A DNA stretch of 63,101 nucleotides, filler included, from Vannella sp. (Eukaryota), in the NCBI GenBank assembly GCA_023345925.1. It is 7 parts of 7 records of this genome, joined end to end, with 100 filler letters (N's around TTAATTAATTAA, not from the genome) between each part and the next. Parts side by side here need not be neighbours in the genome. Positions count along the whole stretch, not along the records: positions 12,142 to 20,587 come from JAJQQN010000160.1; positions 20,688 to 28,293 come from JAJQQN010000824.1; 5 more parts are not named here. One strand, given 5' to 3'. How positions within the stretch are numbered: the stretch's first letter is position 1; each line of letters starts with the position of its first letter. Below are positions 12,142 to 25,910 of this stretch, piece after piece. A program made the position numbers and the translations under genes. A model generated the notes under the pieces. It was not told the DNA's origin. It searched no databases and saw only the letters and a list, made by a program, of their open reading frames with translations.

Positions 12142-12148
12142 GGCGAGG

Positions 12149-14793
12149 ATGAGCCGAGGGAAGACCCTGCGGGAAGTGTGGCCCGTGTTGGAAGCTTCTG
12201 TAGCACAGGTGATCAAACGGCAGGAAGAGGGTATTTCAGAAACCGACTGGATGAACCTCTACACGTAAGAATACCTTCCTCACCACCTCACCACCGGACT
12301 TCGCCCCTCCGACGGTCACATCAAACTGACTCTCGTGACTTGCAGTGCTGTTTATGATTACTGTACAAATGGCGCTCCAGCTGCGCCTACAACGTCCGTA
12401 AGGAGTCAAGGTGGAGCTACCTTTGGAGGAGAGGAACTCTACTTCAAGCTTGAGGCATTCTTGAAAGACTACATGAAAGAGATCCTCAGTGTAAGTCTCC
12501 CTGACGTCCTCTGTCAAGTCTAGCCTATCGCTTACCGTGGTTGTTCAGGCGGCTGAAGCGTACATGGGTACAGACTTGCTCATCTACTTCCGTAAGCAGT
12601 GGGAGAAGTTTGCTTCTTCCATGATCAAGGTCAATCGCATGTTCAACTATCTTGTGCGCCCTTTCCTCTCTTCTCTTCCCTTCTCTTCACTCATCCTTTC
12701 CTCGCACCTGACAGAACCGCCATTGGGTCAAGCGGGAGGCTACATCAAACAAGAGAGAGGTCTATGAGGTCTATCCAGTACGTTCTCTCTTCTTTGAGTG
12801 CCTCCATGATCTCCTGACCACGGGGGGCAGCTTGGCCTTGTGCTCTGGAGAGATCACTTCTTCAAACATCTCAAGACCCGACTGACAGCAGCCTTACTTG
12901 CTCTGATTGAGAAGGAACGCAACGGCGAGCAGATTGACGTGTATCTCGTGAAGAGTGTGGTGAACTGTTATGTCAGTCTGGGCATAACCAGAGAGAAGCC
13001 TGAGGAAACGAACTTGATCATCTACAAGAACGGCTTTGAAGAGGAGCTCCTCCACCAGACAGAGACCTACTACGCACAAGAGGCCCAGCAGTTTCTCATC
13101 ACCAACAGTGTTGTAGACTTTGCAAGGAAGGTAGAGGCTCGCCTCGGTGAGGAGGAGCACAGAGTCGATCAGTATCTTCACAATACTACACTCGATGATC
13201 TCAAAAGACGTACTGAGACGGTTCTCATCAAGAGACACCAGCATATACTCAGCAATGAGATCAACCAGCTCCTCAGGGACTTCAAGGAGGAGGGTATGTT
13301 GCTCAAGAAGGGATCCTACGAAGATAGCTCATCTTCTCTCAGATCTAGCGCGAATGTATCGTCTCCTCTCTCGGATCAAGGACGGACTGGTCCCTCTGCG
13401 TGAAGGCTTTGAGAGCCATGTTCAAAGGGAGGGAATCAGTGCGTTCGAGAGGGTTGCTGTCGAGTCAGAGAAGGATCCAAAAGCATACGTGGAGGCTCTC
13501 TTTGGAGTGATTAAGTGCCAAAAGGATGTGGTGGTTTCCTGCTTTGCGAATGATCTCAGTTTTATTGGGGCATTGGATAAGGCCTCTCGTCGCTTTATCA
13601 ACGACTCTTCCCTTGGGAAGAAAGAAGGAGACACTAGCAACAATGTACCTCGCGCGCCAGAGCTGCTGGCACGGTATTCTGACCGCCTTTTGAAGAGAAA
13701 TGCTCAGAATCCGGAAGAGGATGAAATGGAACAGGCTCTCGTCAATGTGATGACTATCTTCAAGTATATTGAAGAGAAGGACGTCTTCATGACTTTCTAC
13801 TCAAAGAGTTTAGCAAAGCGACTGATACAAGGGACCTCTGCTTCTGAAGATACGGAAAGTAATATGATTGCCAAGCTCAAATCTGCCTGTGGCTTTGAGT
13901 ACACAGCGAAACTACAGAAGATGTTCACCGATATATCTCTTTCGAAAGAGCTTCAGGAGTCCTTTAGAGGCTTCCTATCGGATCATCCGGAACTCAACAG
14001 TGGATGTGACTTCAACGTCCTAGTCCTGACCTCGGGAGCGTGGCCTCTAGTGCCACCCACATCAAGCTTTACTCTACCCAGGGAATTGGCTTTGTGTGAG
14101 ACGAACTTCCAGAACTACTACTCCAAACAGTTCGTAGGTCGTAAGCTTCAATGGCTGCATCAGCAGTCCAAAGGAGAGCTAAAATCAAATGGTTTTGTGG
14201 ACAAGAAAGCATACACGTTCCAGTGCTCCGCCTATCAGATGGGTATTCTCGTCCTCTTCAACGACAAGAGCCGAATGTCGTATTGTGACATTCGAGAGTC
14301 CACACAACTTACGGATGAAGTGCTCAAGACTACTTTGAAGACACTCATCAAGGTGAGGGTACTTGCAAGTGACCCCAAGCTTTCCACAGAGCAGCCCAAC
14401 CTCACAGAGAAGCATCGATTTGCAGTCAATCCCCATTTCAAGAGGTTAGTATTCCAACCACTCCTCATGGCATATCCTTACCTTGCTTTCAGCACGCGAA
14501 TCAAGGTGAATATCAACATCCGCTCCGATTTGGAAAAGGACACAGAACGCACCCAAACGGTCGTCACCATTGACACGGACCGTTCAATGCAGGTTCAAGC
14601 TGCCATTGTCCGCATCATGAAGATGCGACGCGAGCTAGCTCACCAAAGCTTGATTGCCGAGGTTCTGGAGCAGCTTCGGCCCCGGTTCAATCCCAAAATC
14701 CCGTTCATTAAGAAGTCCATTGACGACCTCATCGAGAAGGAGTATCTCGAACGCGCCTCTGACCGCAAGGACTTTTACCACTACCTTGCTTAG
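12149..14793 (+). CDS. CUL1: Cullin-1, multi-exon
   Basis: WMNLYT/AVYDYCT, LIEKERNGEQID, APELLARYSD, DKDVF..FY.K.LAKRLI, CGFEYTAKLQKMFTD and the neddylation domain AAIVRIMKMRR...IEKEYLER. Confidence 0.93.
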
Positions 14794-15128
14794 CCTCATT
14801 TAGCTTGCCAATACATGAAATGACTCTTCCGCCTCGGTAACAGCCATCAACTCACTCAGACACTTTTTGGCCCGTCTGTCTGGGAGGTGGTTTCGCAGAG
14901 CTTTTGCTAATCTCCTTGATGCTTGTGACTGGTAGAGGGCTTGGTAAGATACACCAAAGGTGCGGGATCTTCATCCAGAACCCTTTGTTGTCGACTCGCC
15001 CTTCGGCAACGAGGAGGATGGACCGCTTTTGGTACTCAACTGGTGCGAAAGAGAGTACTAACACACGTTACTTTGCGGTAAGCATGCCAAGAGCTACTCT
15101 GTGGGGAGCAAGAAGGAGTTATGGAAGC

Positions 15129-17476
15129 ATGGAGGTCATTTCCCTGCCGTCCATGCCTTCTCCGCAAGAACTCGCTCGGTGTGGGGCGATCCCTCTCTCT
15201 GCATTGGAGTGCAAAGAAGCATTTGAAAGACTGGATGCGAAGGAGCGACTCTACGCTCACTTCCTCTCCAAAGCATCGTGGGCTGGCGCGCCCATCGTCC
15301 TAGAGCAGACCAGCTTGGAGTCTCCGGCTATTTTTGACCTCTTCCTTACTCTCTTCAGGGGCGTGGATGTGGAGGATCTCCGGTAAGCTTGCTACTCTCT
15401 TCTATGGACGATGGAGCTGACTTTCTGGCAGGTTGAAGAGTCTAGCAAGCGGTATCAGCGAGGAAGAGTGGGATTGCCTTATGCACTACGTTGTTAACTT
15501 CTTTGGCAACATGGGAAACTATCTAAGGCACGTACCCTCGGCTTATCTCCCCTCTTTCCTAACAACCTTGCAGCTTTGGCGACACCAAGTTCCTCGTAAG
15601 CGCTCCTTAAGAGACTACAAGTGTTGTTAATGGAGAGAACTGACTATTCCCTTTAGCCTGATCTCTCCCCGGAAGCCTTTGGGAAGATCGTCGCTGCCCG
15701 AGGGGAAGAGAGCCTGAACGCTAAGTATGAGGCGGTAAAGGAGGCTCTTTACAGTCTATCTGAGAGCGAGAGGGCTTTGAACATCCCTCCGCAAGGCATC
15801 TCTGCTTACTACTCTCCAAACATCCTCATGACCGACATCGAACTCGTCCAAAGGTTCATGCAAGCTCACAAGATCAACGGGTACAACACTCGCCTCTTCA
15901 AGAAGTCTGAAGGGAGCTACGAACTACGTCTCGCCTCCTCCCTGGCAGGAGAGACGGAGGAATTCACATTCGAAGAAGTCACTATTCAAGTGACTCGCGG
16001 GGACTACCAAGCTCGCATGGCCTCCGTTGTTGAATACCTTCAGCAGACTCTTGCTCACTGTGCTAATGAGAACCAGAAGGCGATGGTTGAGAAGTACATT
16101 AGTCACTTCGAGAGTGGTGACATTGACGAGCACAAGGATGCCCAACGCTACTGGATTAAGGACAAAGGGCCTGTTGTTGAGAGCAACATGGGATTCATCG
16201 AGTCTTATCGCGATCCGTATGGGGTTCGTGGTGAGTTTGAGTCCTTTGTTTCAATGGTGGACAAAGAAGCAAGCAAGAGGTTGGAGAGTTTAGTGGATAA
16301 CGCGGAGAGGCTTCTGAAGATGCTCCCGTGGGGCTCTGACTTTGAAAAGGACTCATTTACTCGTCCGGACTTTACTTCTCTGTCCGTCCTTACCTTTGCC
16401 AGTAGCGGGATCCCAGCGGGAATTAACATTCCCAATTATGATGATATCCGACAGGTGGATGGCTTCAAGAATGTGAGTTTGGGGAATGTGCTCTCGGCCA
16501 CTCCCATGGACAAGCCGGTTCCATTCCTATCTCAAGAGGACGAAGTGCTCTTCAAAAAGCTGAAAGCGCGTGCTTTTGAGGTCCAAGTTGCCCTCCACGG
16601 TAAGCTGGATTGTTACAGAGGTGAAAAGGCACTTATAGTCCCATCAGAGCTTCTTGGCCATGGATCTGGCAAACTATTCATGGAGGACGAGGCAGGGAAT
16701 CTCAATTTTAGCTCTCAATTGGTCGATCCCATCTCACGCGATAAGATTGCTTCCTGGTATAAGCCAGGAGAGACCTACGATGGTGTTTTCAAGAGTTTGG
16801 GCTCTGCTATGGAGGAATGTCGCGCAGAATGCGTTGGACTTTGTCTGTCCGTTGTCCCCGAGATCTTAGAGATCCTGGGAGTTCCTGGAGCCAATGCAGA
16901 GAGTGCTTGTGACGAAACGTAAGAGAATAATGCCTTTGATTGGGACTAACAAGTTCCAGCTATGTCAATTGGCTCCTTCTGATCCACGGCGGTCTGCGGG
17001 GACTGGAATTCTATTCTCCTGAGACAAGCAAGTGGCGACAGGCTCATATGCAAGCTCGCCATGCCATTATGAGGGTTCTCCTCCAGGATCCAAGCGTTCT
17101 TCGAATTGAAGAGTCTGATGGAGAGGCCATCATCCACTTGAACCGAGCAAACCTCCTTTCTCGCGGACTTCCTGCGCTCCAAGACTTCTTGAGAAAGATT
17201 AGTAAGTCATTAATGAGATTAGTATGCTGCTAACACTCTCCAGTGGTGTTCAAGGCCACTGCAGACATCACCAGAGCGAACGAGCTCTTCGACCAATTTA
17301 CAGGAGTCGACGATAGAATGCTTCGCCTTCGAGAATTGGTGCTCCAGAAAAAGCAGCCTCGTCCAGTCTTTGTCCAAGCCAACACCCAACTTTCAGGAAG
17401 CGGCACCGACGCTTCCATTCAGACTTATCCTGCCACACCCCAAGGAATGATCCAATCTTTCTTGGACCGTTACTAA
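15129..17476 (+). CDS. DPP3: Dipeptidyl peptidase III (M49), multi-exon
   Basis: GFIESYRDPYG, GIPAGINIPNYDDIRQ, HELLGH zinc motif (split by an intron at ~16599-16647), EECRAE and WRQAHMQAR. Confidence 0.95.
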
Positions 17477-17951
17477 TCACAAACAGCTCTCCACAAGTTG
17501 TATTCTTGACAGGGAGATAAACGCGCTCACCAAACGCGTTCTCGTTTTTTTCCGCATTCTCGTTCTTTTCTTGCCAGTGACCCATAAGTGATCTTCCTGT
17601 GATTCAGAAGGCTTTATGATGGGGAGCTTGATGAGTAGAACGGGGACTAGCAGTGCAATCATGTTTAATTGTTACTTCGTATCAACTCAATCGTTCGTAA
17701 CTTCAGGACTTCCAATGGTCCTATTGCTCTGCTGTCATCGGTCCCTTTGGGACAACTCACCGTTCGTGCTGCTTCAGGAGTCATTCTTGAGGTGGCTGGA
17801 CAACCCCCCTACACCCCTCCTCTCTGGTTATCTTAACCAGTACCACAGTCAGACTGCAATAGACGCCGTCACTGCCTCCCCAACCCCCTTTTTGTCCCAG
17901 ACTGAGGTGAGGGATAGATGAAATGAACTCCAATCTTTACTATTGTAAGAC

Positions 17952-20330
17952 TTACTTCTTTGCCACTCTTCTGGCAATCTTCACGTCGTTGGGCAGAGTA
18001 ACAATGATTGCCTTGTCCTCTCCAAACTTGAATTGCTCATCAACGATGTTATCGCTGTACTGCTTGATTTGGTATTGGTCCAAGATACCCCGGGTCACTT
18101 TACGGAAATCCCAAGTGATGACAAAGGGTCCAGTAGATGTGACAATCGAGTTCTCATTGCCTTGGTAGTCGCGGTTGAAGTGAGCTACTGTAAAACGCAC
18201 TACACCACCCATTTCCCAAAGGTGTTCACGACTTAGTTCCAGGCGGCGTCCAGGAAGGCGGTGACTTCCTGTGAGTGAGCGCTCGAAGCCATCTACTCCA
18301 TCCACCTTGACTGGAATGATCATCAGATAGGTTTCGCAAGTCGCAAGAACCCAAGAACCATCTGCAGTAACATCCACACCGATAACTGGGTCTCCAGCTA
18401 AACGAAGCTGATTCTTAGCCTTGGTCTTCATCATGTCTGCCTTGTTGGTCTCGGTTATTTGTCGGCTGTTGAACAGACGAACATCGCCCTTATTGCTGCC
18501 CATGATGAGGTCCCCATTCATTGTGGTTGCCGCACAGCTGAAATCTGGTGCAGTGGAGCGTGGGTAAAGGAATCCGACCTGATCCACTTGTTTGGTTCTT
18601 CCAGACACTCTCGGGTCAATACGGAAAGCTCCTGCACCATTCGTGCCGACGAATGTCTGAATGTCTTCCAGCTGAGCAAGGCGAGATTCCGGAATGATAT
18701 TCCGGACGATTCCGCCCACATCAGCTGTCCTCCACTCTTCAATGATCTCGCCGCGGTTCATGTCCATGCAAAAGATGGAATTAGTGTTTCCCTCGCTAAG
18801 CATCAGCATCTTGTTGTCCTGCTGATGAAGCATCATCTGGGAGGGGGTCTGGAATTGCGAGACGCTTCCTGATGGCGCGGCTAGTTTGTCAATGGTAGTA
18901 CTGTACTCGAGTTGATTGTTCTCTGTGATCTTGAACACTCCAATTCTCTTTCCTCGTGTCACAAAAGCGCGGTCAGTCACGAACCTGTGCCGAATTAGCT
19001 CTGAACAGAAGGAAAAGAAAGTGCATTACCCAACAGCCAAACCAGTGTTCTTGTCTCCATCTGCAGGATTCGACTTTCCACCGTCAGGATCCTCCTCCTC
19101 TTCTTCCTCCTCCTCCTCAGAGCCTTCACCATCTTCTCCCTGGTCCTCCAAATCACTGTCCGCTTCAAAGTCGTATCCCTCCTCTCCCACTTCATCTTGC
19201 TCTGCAACAGTGGAGCTACGGCGCCCTTCTGCATATGTACCAAGAATGAAAGCTTGGTCGTCCTTCTTCAAAGAGGAGAAGGCTGAGCGGTTGCGCATCT
19301 CCCAGTCGAGCATAGTACACCGCTTTCGAAGATTGTCGAATTGTCCAGCGGAAAGGACCAGTTTCATCCCCCACACTTGCCCATTTTCCTTCCCAATCCA
19401 CTCAACGGAGGAATCCTCTTGAATGAAAGCCATGTGCTGTCCTGATGCCAGTTGATGATTGAAGAACAAGTTCTTCTCCTTCCCTGCGTCTTCTGCGCGG
19501 CTGAGAGTGACTTGGAAGCGATAACGATCCTCAGAGACCACTTGGAATATCACTTTGGCCTGTTTTGAGTAGCTCTGAGTCGCACTCTCGTATCTATAAA
19601 GCTGCCCGCTGGCTTGGACATCTTCAACTGGTGTTGTTCCCACCAAGAAGTAGAATGCCTTCTTTTCTAAGACGAGGAATGGACCTGCGGAAGTTTTGCA
19701 GACGCCTGTTGAAGCTTTCACATCAGTAGGGACCTCCTCCGACTCTTCATCGTCGCTGAGAAGGCAAATAATGTCGTCTGGGTCGTCAGCGGCTGGGTTC
19801 TCCTCCTCTTCAGAGCTTTCCAAGGTACAAAGTATCTCTGCATCTTGATAGTCTCCTTGCAAGTCTCCTTGAGGCTCATTGTACTCCTTAATGCGATCGA
19901 GAATGCGCTCATACCGCTCCACTTGAGCCACAGTGTCGCTGTCTGTCATCTCAAAGAGAAATCTGAGCACGTCTCCAGTATCCTGTGATCTACCAATGAA
20001 CGAGAGACCAAGAGAAGAGCAGGGGGTCTCTGTTTCTTCCGCAAAGTTCATCCCCTCTCCCAAGAGGAACTGGTAGTTACTGGCCTCCTCATCTGCTTCC
20101 TCGCCTTCCTCAAAGACTCGTTTGAATAGAAGTGCTTCTCTATCATTGACAGTCTCAATCGTACACACGCAGTTGATAAGCCTGCCCGGCGATCAGTCAA
20201 CCGCCCCTTTCCTCCTCAAGAGTACTCACAAGCAAGTCCATTGCTGGTGGCGACTTGTCAACGTATAGAAACGTCCCTCCAGTATCTCATCTCCTTTCTT
20301 CCCAGCAAAGACGCTCCGAAGGAAGTTCAT
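17952..20330 (-). CDS. VID27: Vacuolar import and degradation protein 27 (PH-like plus WD40-like)
   Basis: Start MNFLRSVF; acidic linker; DRAFVTRG..IGVFK, GEIIEEW, RIDPRVSG, GDPVIGVDVTADGSWVLATC and TSTGPFVITWDF. Confidence 0.9.
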
Positions 20331-20443
20331 TGCAAGCCCCGAGGCTCTGAAAGGGAAATGAGCTTTCCTCGCGAAGGTAAAGATCTTGAATCCTCAATTT
20401 CATCCATTTGTATAAAAAATAGTCAAAGTTGCTGTTTCCCGCA

Positions 20444-20516
20444 TTTCCTTCATTTCCCCGCTTTTCCTTCATTTCCCCGCTTTTCCTTCATTTCCCCGCT
20501 TCTCCTTCATTTCCCC
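20444..20516. repeat. 19-bp tandem repeat (TTTCCTTCATTTCCCCGCT), about 3.8 copies
   Basis: Three perfect copies plus one partial copy upstream of VID27. Confidence 0.9.
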
Positions 20517-20587
20517 TTGGCGTGAAGACGGGCTAGCTCAAGTGGACAGGGGACCTCGATATGATTGCACTCTTGTTCTTGATGAGG

Positions 20588-20687
20588 NNNNNNNNNNNNN
20601 NNNNNNNNNNNNNNNNNNNNNNNNNNNNNNNTTAATTAATTAANNNNNNNNNNNNNNNNNNNNNNNNNNNNNNNNNNNNNNNNNNNN
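20588..20687. other. Artificial contig linker
   Basis: N run with TTAATTAATTAA. Confidence 0.98.
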
Positions 20688-20816
20688 CTTTTGAGTAAAT
20701 CTGTTCTCTCCACGAAGTCACTCAAGGTGATGAACAGTTTGAGCTTCTGCATCGATCCCTGTCCTCATTCCTACTCCGCAATAATCGTATCATTATCATT
20801 AGGCTTCGGGTTGCTG

Positions 20817-21218
20817 ATGGCAGAAGCCGGACCAAGGAAGGTTCTTCGATTGACCAACAAAGAGTGTGAGCTGATCCCAAAGGTGGAGAGCGCCCTTCGA
20901 GAGATCTTCGCGCGCTACGATGTGGACGGAGACGGAGCTTTGAATGATGAAGAGTTGGACCACTTTGCTATGAAGTGCAACGGGAAGGAGACCGGCTTTG
21001 ATGCAGTGGAGAAGGAGGAGATCAAAGAGAACTTTGAACTGACGGAGGAGGGCTTCCTCTCCTTGAACGGCTTCCTCCAACTCTACCAGCTCCAAACGAT
21101 GAGCGAAGAGGAGGAGACTTGGAAGGACTTGAAAACACACGGTTATGATGAATACCTTCAGCTCACAACCGTCAGTGCATCCCTGGGAGGACAGAAAGAG
21201 GAGCCCTCTCAGCCATAA
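20817..21218 (+). CDS. EF-hand protein (Miro-like EF-hand pair)
   Basis: LREIFARYDVDGDGALNDEELDHF is a canonical EF-hand, followed by LSLNGFLQLY..EEETWKDLKTHGYD. Confidence 0.8.
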   Translation: MAEAGPRKVLRLTNKECELIPKVESALREIFARYDVDGDGALNDEELDHFAMKCNGKETGFDAVEKEEIKENFELTEEGFLSLNGFLQLYQLQTMSEEEETWKDLKTHGYDEYLQLTTVSASLGGQKEEPSQP

Positions 21219-21407
21219 ACCCGACTAAACCCTAAACCCTACGCACGGGTCTTCACACTTGCTTTTGCAGACCAACTCTTCGAGCGAACAAGTCTCATTT
21301 TAAGAACGTCGTCGAGCACAAGTGGGCTTACTTGGGGGCGATCGTGTCGTTAGCAGCCATCCTTGTCCTCCTTCAAGCACCCAATCTGGGGTGCGACGTT
21401 GGGGACT

Positions 21408-22247
21408 TGAATGCGGAGAAGAGGATCTTCTTCCCTCCTGTCCTGAGCCCGTCGAACCTCCTCGTCACATCTCTGAACATGGCTGGAGTGTGAGTCGACG
21501 TTTGCGGGTTGCTGAAGGAAGTTAACGCGGGCGTAGGGGCTCGTATCACCAGGCAACTAAGAGAGTTGACCGTTACTTCCTTTGTGGCAATAGCTCTCTA
21601 TCAATCAAGCTCCGTAGCTTGAAGAGGGTCGAGATCAAGATAAGGGATGACCGACAACTCGACTCTCCAGAGGCTGTTGAGTACTGGAGGAAGTTTAGAC
21701 TCACAGAAAGGACCAAGGAGCCAACCTGGTCAAGTGTTGAAGAGTCTCTCCGGCAATGTAACCACTTTTCGTGGATTCCTGAGACTGGAGCTTGTGATGT
21801 TGGTCCACCTCTTGCCTTTGACCTTTGCTGAGTACCTAGGAACTTTCTAGATGAAGCTAGTAGTGGACGTAACCAAGCAGACCAAGAAGAGCCGCGTTAA
21901 CCTCGGAGCATTCCCCGAGCTCATTCGCAGTCCACTCGAAAGCTGCTTGGGACAGTCCCCTGAGGGCATCTTCGCCACTTTTGAGGTTCGAAAGGGCTTT
22001 AAACGTCCCACCTGAGGGCCTGACTTCTTCGTAGTACACTTTAGGAGAGGTCATCATCCACCTTATGGACGGACCTAAGACCATTAACCGGTTCAACTCC
22101 ATCAATGTTGAAGGAGCACCTGAAAAGGCGCTTTTTTGTGCAATCCAGCAGTTACAGACCTTCTTGCAGAAGAATTCGGAGGCATCCTACCCGGACTACT
22201 TGCACCAAATAGTGTCAGAATACTCTTCCACTCACAGTCTCACTTAA
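21408..22247 (+). CDS. Putative CYTH-like (triphosphate tunnel) protein, multi-exon; start uncertain
   Basis: Spliced translation gives EKRIFFP...RVDRYFL..SIKLRS..VEIKIR..EYWRK...VDVTKQTKK...SINVEG...SYPDYL, resembling the CYTH-family residue pattern. Confidence 0.45.
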
Positions 22248-22465
22248 ACCTTTGTCTTCCGTTCTCTTCCCTCACTGACTTGCTGCTGTCGTGTCCATAA
22301 GATGGATGTGGCCATTCTGCGCACCCTTTGGTTAATCTATGAGGCGGAAGATGAGAGGAATGGCGTCTCCATGACTTCGAGATCTTCTCGTCCGAGATTG
22401 GAGAACGACTTGCTACAACTGTGACAGGAGTGGGTGATTGGGAATATCGTTTATTTGAGCCTAAT

Positions 22466-25400
22466 TCACTCCAACTGCAAGTCTAACTCCCCCTCGGAGT
22501 CAGTGGCGATGGAGAGAACCTGAGAACTTTCTGTGATCTCTCCGGATTCGTTATTTGTTGATCTTTCTCCCTCCTGGGAACCACTTTCTTCCTCTTCCAA
22601 TGAAAGGGGGGAGGACTCAACAGCAGGGCGATCGGGGAGCTCACAAAGATTATGATCAATCGCCCACTGGATGCTCCAAATAGCAAGAGGGCGCATGTAG
22701 GCATAGGAGCGATAGCGGCCATATTCATCCCAGGCCTCTGGCGTTTGGTACCAATACCCAAATCTCTCATAAACACACTCGTAAAGACACTTGGCAGTTC
22801 TCCAGCCTTCCTCGACCAGGCCTTCTTGCATTAGATTGGCGGCCAAAGCATAAGTAGTGCCAGTCCACACTTCATAAGATTGCATGGACGTATAGTCGGC
22901 CGTATTGAAGCGTTTGTGGAATCCGTTGACGGCACCAAGAGTCCCATCATGGAATTTCATCACATTATGCTCGAATACACACGAGAGAGCCTTCTTAATG
23001 CTCTCTGGATCACTTATCGGATCCAATCCTGAAGCTCGAGCGTACCATTGCCCGGCCAACTGGTCAGCCATGATAATGTCGTCATATTTGTCACTGGAAT
23101 CGTATCGGAAGAACTCCCCGTTGAAAAGAGTGGCGTACACCTCCGATGCTTTTGATAAAAGGGCGGAATAGTACTCATAGTCATCCTCTTTCTTAAGAAT
23201 GCTAGACATCTGGACCATAGCACTCAATGCAGCAACCCAAAGACCTCCACAATATGCACTTGGCCCCGTTGCCGTCCAAGTATCGTAGGTCTGGTCAGGG
23301 AAGCCGGAATTCTCAATCATCCCATCCCGGTCCTTGTCAAACCTTGTGAGGTGTGAGTACTTTTTGGAGAAGAAAAGGGAGCTTGTCTCACATTTCCAAG
23401 TAGTGCATACACTCCCAGGCCATGGGGTAACATTCCTCAAGGAATTTGAGGTTTCCAGTGGCAATATAATCCCGATAGAGCTGTAAAGTGAACTTGCTGT
23501 TCAAGTCCTTCCAGTTATTAACATCGTGGATACAATACGAATTGACAGAGTACAAAGGATCTCCTGACGGAGTGCCCACATCATGAGGGACGGCTCCACG
23601 TAATTTTTTGGGTCTCATTTCGCCTGAATGAAGCGTCATGTGGATTTCTGATGGCTGGTGGATGAGAATAGACTTGGCAATGTTTCTCTGAAGGTTCAGC
23701 TGTAACTCAGGCCACAACGAAACTAAGGCGAAGCTGGCGTAGAAGTGGACATCGAAGGTGTTGTACATCAGATACTCTTGCCCTTCCAGATACAAATAGA
23801 TTCCGAACTCGCCATAGTCGAAGAGAGACTCTTCGGCTTCAGAAGCCAACTCGTCAGCAGGCGAAAGGCCTTCAATATCAACCTTATTGTCTGCTGATGG
23901 CTTTACAGGAGAGAGTGTGAACCCTGTCTCGCTCTTGGTGGTGTACAGTGTGATGCGGTCGGCAAGATGAACGACTCCTTCCCGGGACTTGTGCACAGAG
24001 TTGCCGTTTTTGGTGACATAGTTGACCTCCGCCTCAATCTCGTCAGGAGAAAAGATGATTCGGCCAGTCAGGGGACTATCTTGGTGTTTGAGCATAATCC
24101 CTTCGCTGTCACCATCTGTGAGAAGAATAAAATCGTCCAGAATCTTTCTGGCCACCTCTTTGTCGTTCTTGAGAGTATAAAAAGAGGAATAGGCCTTGCT
24201 CTGGCCCTTTAAGGCAATGAGATGGCTCAAACGACTCTCTTGAGACTCTTCCTGGTCGACCCACAGTGACCCGCCAGCAACAATGTAGTAGAGTTCGTTG
24301 AATAGAGCGGATTTGTACCATTCTGGCAGCTTTGGGTTGTCGAGGATTGGATTCTGCCAGGCATTTATCGCTGCTTCCCATTGCCTCCACTCTGCCAAAG
24401 AGTCGGCGCAGATATTCTGAACGGCATTCCCTTCAATGCCGTAGAAGCGAGTGTATCGAGGATGGACTCCGCGTCCCTCCCCAAAGCGTACGATCGGCCG
24501 GTCCCACGCAAGAGAGAAGACAATCTCCACCGTGGTGCCTGGCAACACTGTCACCTTATTGGCCACGGCTGCACCAATTCCCACCCCCTTGGCTGAGGTG
24601 CTCACAGACTTCTCTGGTACAATGGCCTTGCCAGTGAGTGAGAAGGAGCGCCAAAGAGTGTCGCCATGGCCAGTGGTCTGGAAAGTAGTCGCACTGCTCA
24701 AGTGACTCTCCAAAGAGCGGTAACTTCCGTCTGCTTGCTTCTCCTGGGCCACAGAAGTAGCTATACCAAAGGATAGAGGGTCTCTATATGCCTTTCGCTC
24801 CTTCCCTTCAACGCAATGCGTCACATTGTTGTGAACGAGCTCCACTCCCACAAGACCAGACTCTGCATTCTGATTTGCGCGGAATGGCTGGTTGTGGTGC
24901 CCTCCACAGTAATCAGACATCTCCCCTGTTCCATTCTGAAAGGTGAGCATGAGGGAGATGTCGACAGAGCGCTTAGGGTGAGTGTTATGGACGGTATAGA
25001 CGAACACGCCCACTGGATAACTTGATTCCTTGTAGTTGTGGGGCGTCACGGGTGACAGTTGCTTGCAGGTGATCTCTAACCTCTTGTCTACCTTACTCAG
25101 ATCGTACGTCGTCCACGCTCGTGGGAACAGGCCGGCATATTCCCCTGCAGGTGCTTTCCAGTTCCACCCATCCAGAGCGTCCTCTGGGTTGATGTATTGA
25201 GGCTTTGATCGAGCACCTCTCTTACTCGGCACTTCCTTCTTCTTAGAATCGCTAGGAGCGGCTTCAGGAAGGCGTGAGTCTGTGTCGGGTTCAGTGATGT
25301 CGGGAGATGGGGGAGATTCCGGGCCTTCTTCCGCTTCTACAAGATCTATGGTGGTCTCTGAGTCAAGCATTGTTGTGAGTGAAGCGGGTAAGGGCTCAGC

Positions 25401-25859
25401 ATGGGGCATATCGATGATCCCCTCGGAGGGAGAGGTTGGAGCGTCGTTGTCTGGTTTAGCCACTCCGGACGGGGATCCCAACACAAACGCTTGAGAGGGT
25501 AGCCCTTCTCGCTTAACATACAATGAGAACTGGTTGGCTTTGACGGTGCCCAACGTAGGTCGGCCAGGCTTGAGGCAGAAACCGTTGAACTCTCCGTTCC
25601 AAGAGCGCGTGATAGAGCCACAACCGATTCCTCCAAGAGGAACACCACGATCTGTACGCACAGAGCCACCTGAAAAGGGGTCAATGAAGGGCTCTTTGCC
25701 TTCCCGACGCATGCGAGCGACGAATTTGTTCATCCGAAGGCCCAAACCAGCCAGCTTCACCATCTGTCCGAGCCCCACTTGGAACTGGATAGACTCGTGG
25801 TTCACCTCCTTCAAGTTCCGCCTCCAGCAAGCCAGGGGGACCTCGTCCTCGCCCTCCAT
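22466..25859 (-). CDS. GBA2: Non-lysosomal glucosylceramidase (GH116), 2 exons
   Basis: GVPLGGIGCGSITR, SALFNELYY, YLEGQEYLMYNTFDVHFYAS, WKDLNSKF, DQTYDTW, EVWTGTTY and YMRPLAIW. Confidence 0.95.
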
Positions 25860-25910
25860 CGCCTCCTGGCGGTCAGCAAATGGCCTCGGGCTTCATTTCC
25901 TGGTTTCCTC

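Noticed and set aside
17616..17921. 101-aa ORF between DPP3 and VID27
   Set aside because: No recognisable motif; cannot be supported from sequence alone.
20444..20516. 19-bp tandem repeat as a functional array
   Set aside because: A simple minisatellite without spacers; nothing supports more than a possible promoter role.
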